Below are positions 23,746 to 24,463 of a stretch of 24,463 nucleotides of DNA, one piece after another (position 1 is the first letter of the stretch; the number at the start of each line of letters is the position of its first letter). The stretch covers positions 1 to 24,463 of the forward strand of contig CAZIQV010000002.1 of assembly GCA_964541275.1 (NCBI GenBank), read 5' to 3'. This DNA comes from an uncultured Chitinophagaceae bacterium (GTDB lineage Bacteria > Planctomycetota > Planctomycetia > Pirellulales > UBA1268). A program made the translations under genes and the position numbers. Under the pieces are notes generated by a model. That model was not told where the DNA came from, made no database searches, and saw only the letters and a list, made by a program, of their open reading frames with translations.

Positions 23746-24463
23746 ATGCTGCCCCCCCGCAACACGTCGCGTTCGATTCATCCGCTGCGCGACTGCCGCA
23801 GGCGGCTTCGCGATGTTCACCAGCCGGCCGCGCGTCTGCGGCCCTGGTGCGCCGAGGCCGCCTCGAGCCGCCGCTGGCCGCCGAGACGGCGACGGACAGC
23901 AAGGGGACGGCCGGGGTCACCGCCGGCCGGCAGTGGCAGCCAGCTCCGAACCGCGGAGCTGGCCCGGCTTGAGGCGGCGTTATTTGTCGCTCGCGAGCCA
24001 CTGCCAATTCGGCGACTGGCCAAGCTGGCCCGGCTGCCTGACGCCACCCGGGCCCGCACGTTACTCGGCCAGCTCAATCAGCTGCTCGACACTGCCGGGA
24101 CGGCTTTTCGGGTTGAGCATCTTGCCGGCGGATACCAGCTGATGACCCGCACCCAGTTTGGCCCGTGGGTGCGGCGAACCCTCGCCTATCCTGCAGAAAA
24201 TCGGCTGTCGACTGCGGCGCTAGAGACCCTGGCGATCATCGCCTACCGGCAGCCGGTGACTCGTCCGGAGATCGAGTCGATTCGCGGGGTCGGCTCTGAA
24301 GAGATGCTCCGTCAGCTGCTCGATCGTGATCTGATCGCCATCGGGGGCCGTAGCGACGACCTCGGCCGGCCCAACGTCTACATCACCAGCCGCAGTTTTC
24401 TGCGGGTCTTTGGCCTCGGGCGGATCGATGACCTGCCTCCGGTCGCACTGCCCGACGAGGCCC
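23746..24463 (+). CDS. scpB: SMC-Scp complex subunit ScpB (3' truncated by window edge; not in ORF track)
   Basis: Manual translation from ATG 23746: RLEAALFVAREPL, AGGYQLMTR, LSTAALETLAIIAYRQPVTRPEIESIRGV, GRPNVY...FLRVFGL. No stop before the window end. Confidence 0.95.
   Translation, partial: MLPPRNTSRSIHPLRDCRRRLRDVHQPAARLRPWCAEAASSRRWPPRRRRTARGRPGSPPAGSGSQLRTAELARLEAALFVAREPLPIRRLAKLARLPDATRARTLLGQLNQLLDTAGTAFRVEHLAGGYQLMTRTQFGPWVRRTLAYPAENRLSTAALETLAIIAYRQPVTRPEIESIRGVGSEEMLRQLLDRDLIAIGGRSDDLGRPNVYITSRSFLRVFGLGRIDDLPPVALPDEA

Noticed and set aside
1-24463. CRISPR array, tRNA/rRNA, IS element, integrase, prophage or defence island
   Set aside because: No regularly spaced repeats, cloverleaf motifs, transposase or integrase motifs, or obvious compositional break were seen. 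The four palindromes are irregularly spaced and separated by whole genes.

Overview
A 24.5-kb, very GC-rich, mostly housekeeping region. The gene set and protein styles point to a Planctomycetota (Pirellulales-like) chromosome; this is an inference from protein families, as there is no rRNA here. Order: 3' end of rpoC, CHAD protein, FGE/SUMF1 protein, then a minus-strand run (stand-alone RNAP alpha-CTD, DUF3592 membrane protein, small beta-sandwich protein, P-loop ATPase, secreted Pro/Cys-rich protein, PolX-PHP). Next come uvrD/pcrA, an A24 prepilin-peptidase homologue, an LPG-synthase/flippase-like protein, a Nudix hydrolase, ygfZ, an XRE regulator, small membrane proteins, a secreted tandem SPOR-like protein, rdgB, an MJ1255-type glycosyltransferase, two exported hypotheticals and the 5' part of scpB (absent from the ORF track because it runs off the window). 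I saw no tRNA, rRNA, CRISPR array, transposase or integrase. Most interesting: (1) a spaced palindrome GAAAA-N10-TTTTC, with three exact and one degenerate copy within 3.5 kb in or near 5' regions, a candidate undescribed operator; (2) a translationally coupled three-gene module of membrane DUF3592-arrestin-like protein, free arrestin-like protein and AAA+-like ATPase; (3) a free alpha-CTD with intact DNA-binding residues, head-to-head with uvrD; (4) a prepilin peptidase homologue that appears to lack both catalytic aspartates; (5) a candidate 28-aa membrane peptide with its own promoter and RBS. All family calls are by-eye motif recognition; no database searches were run.
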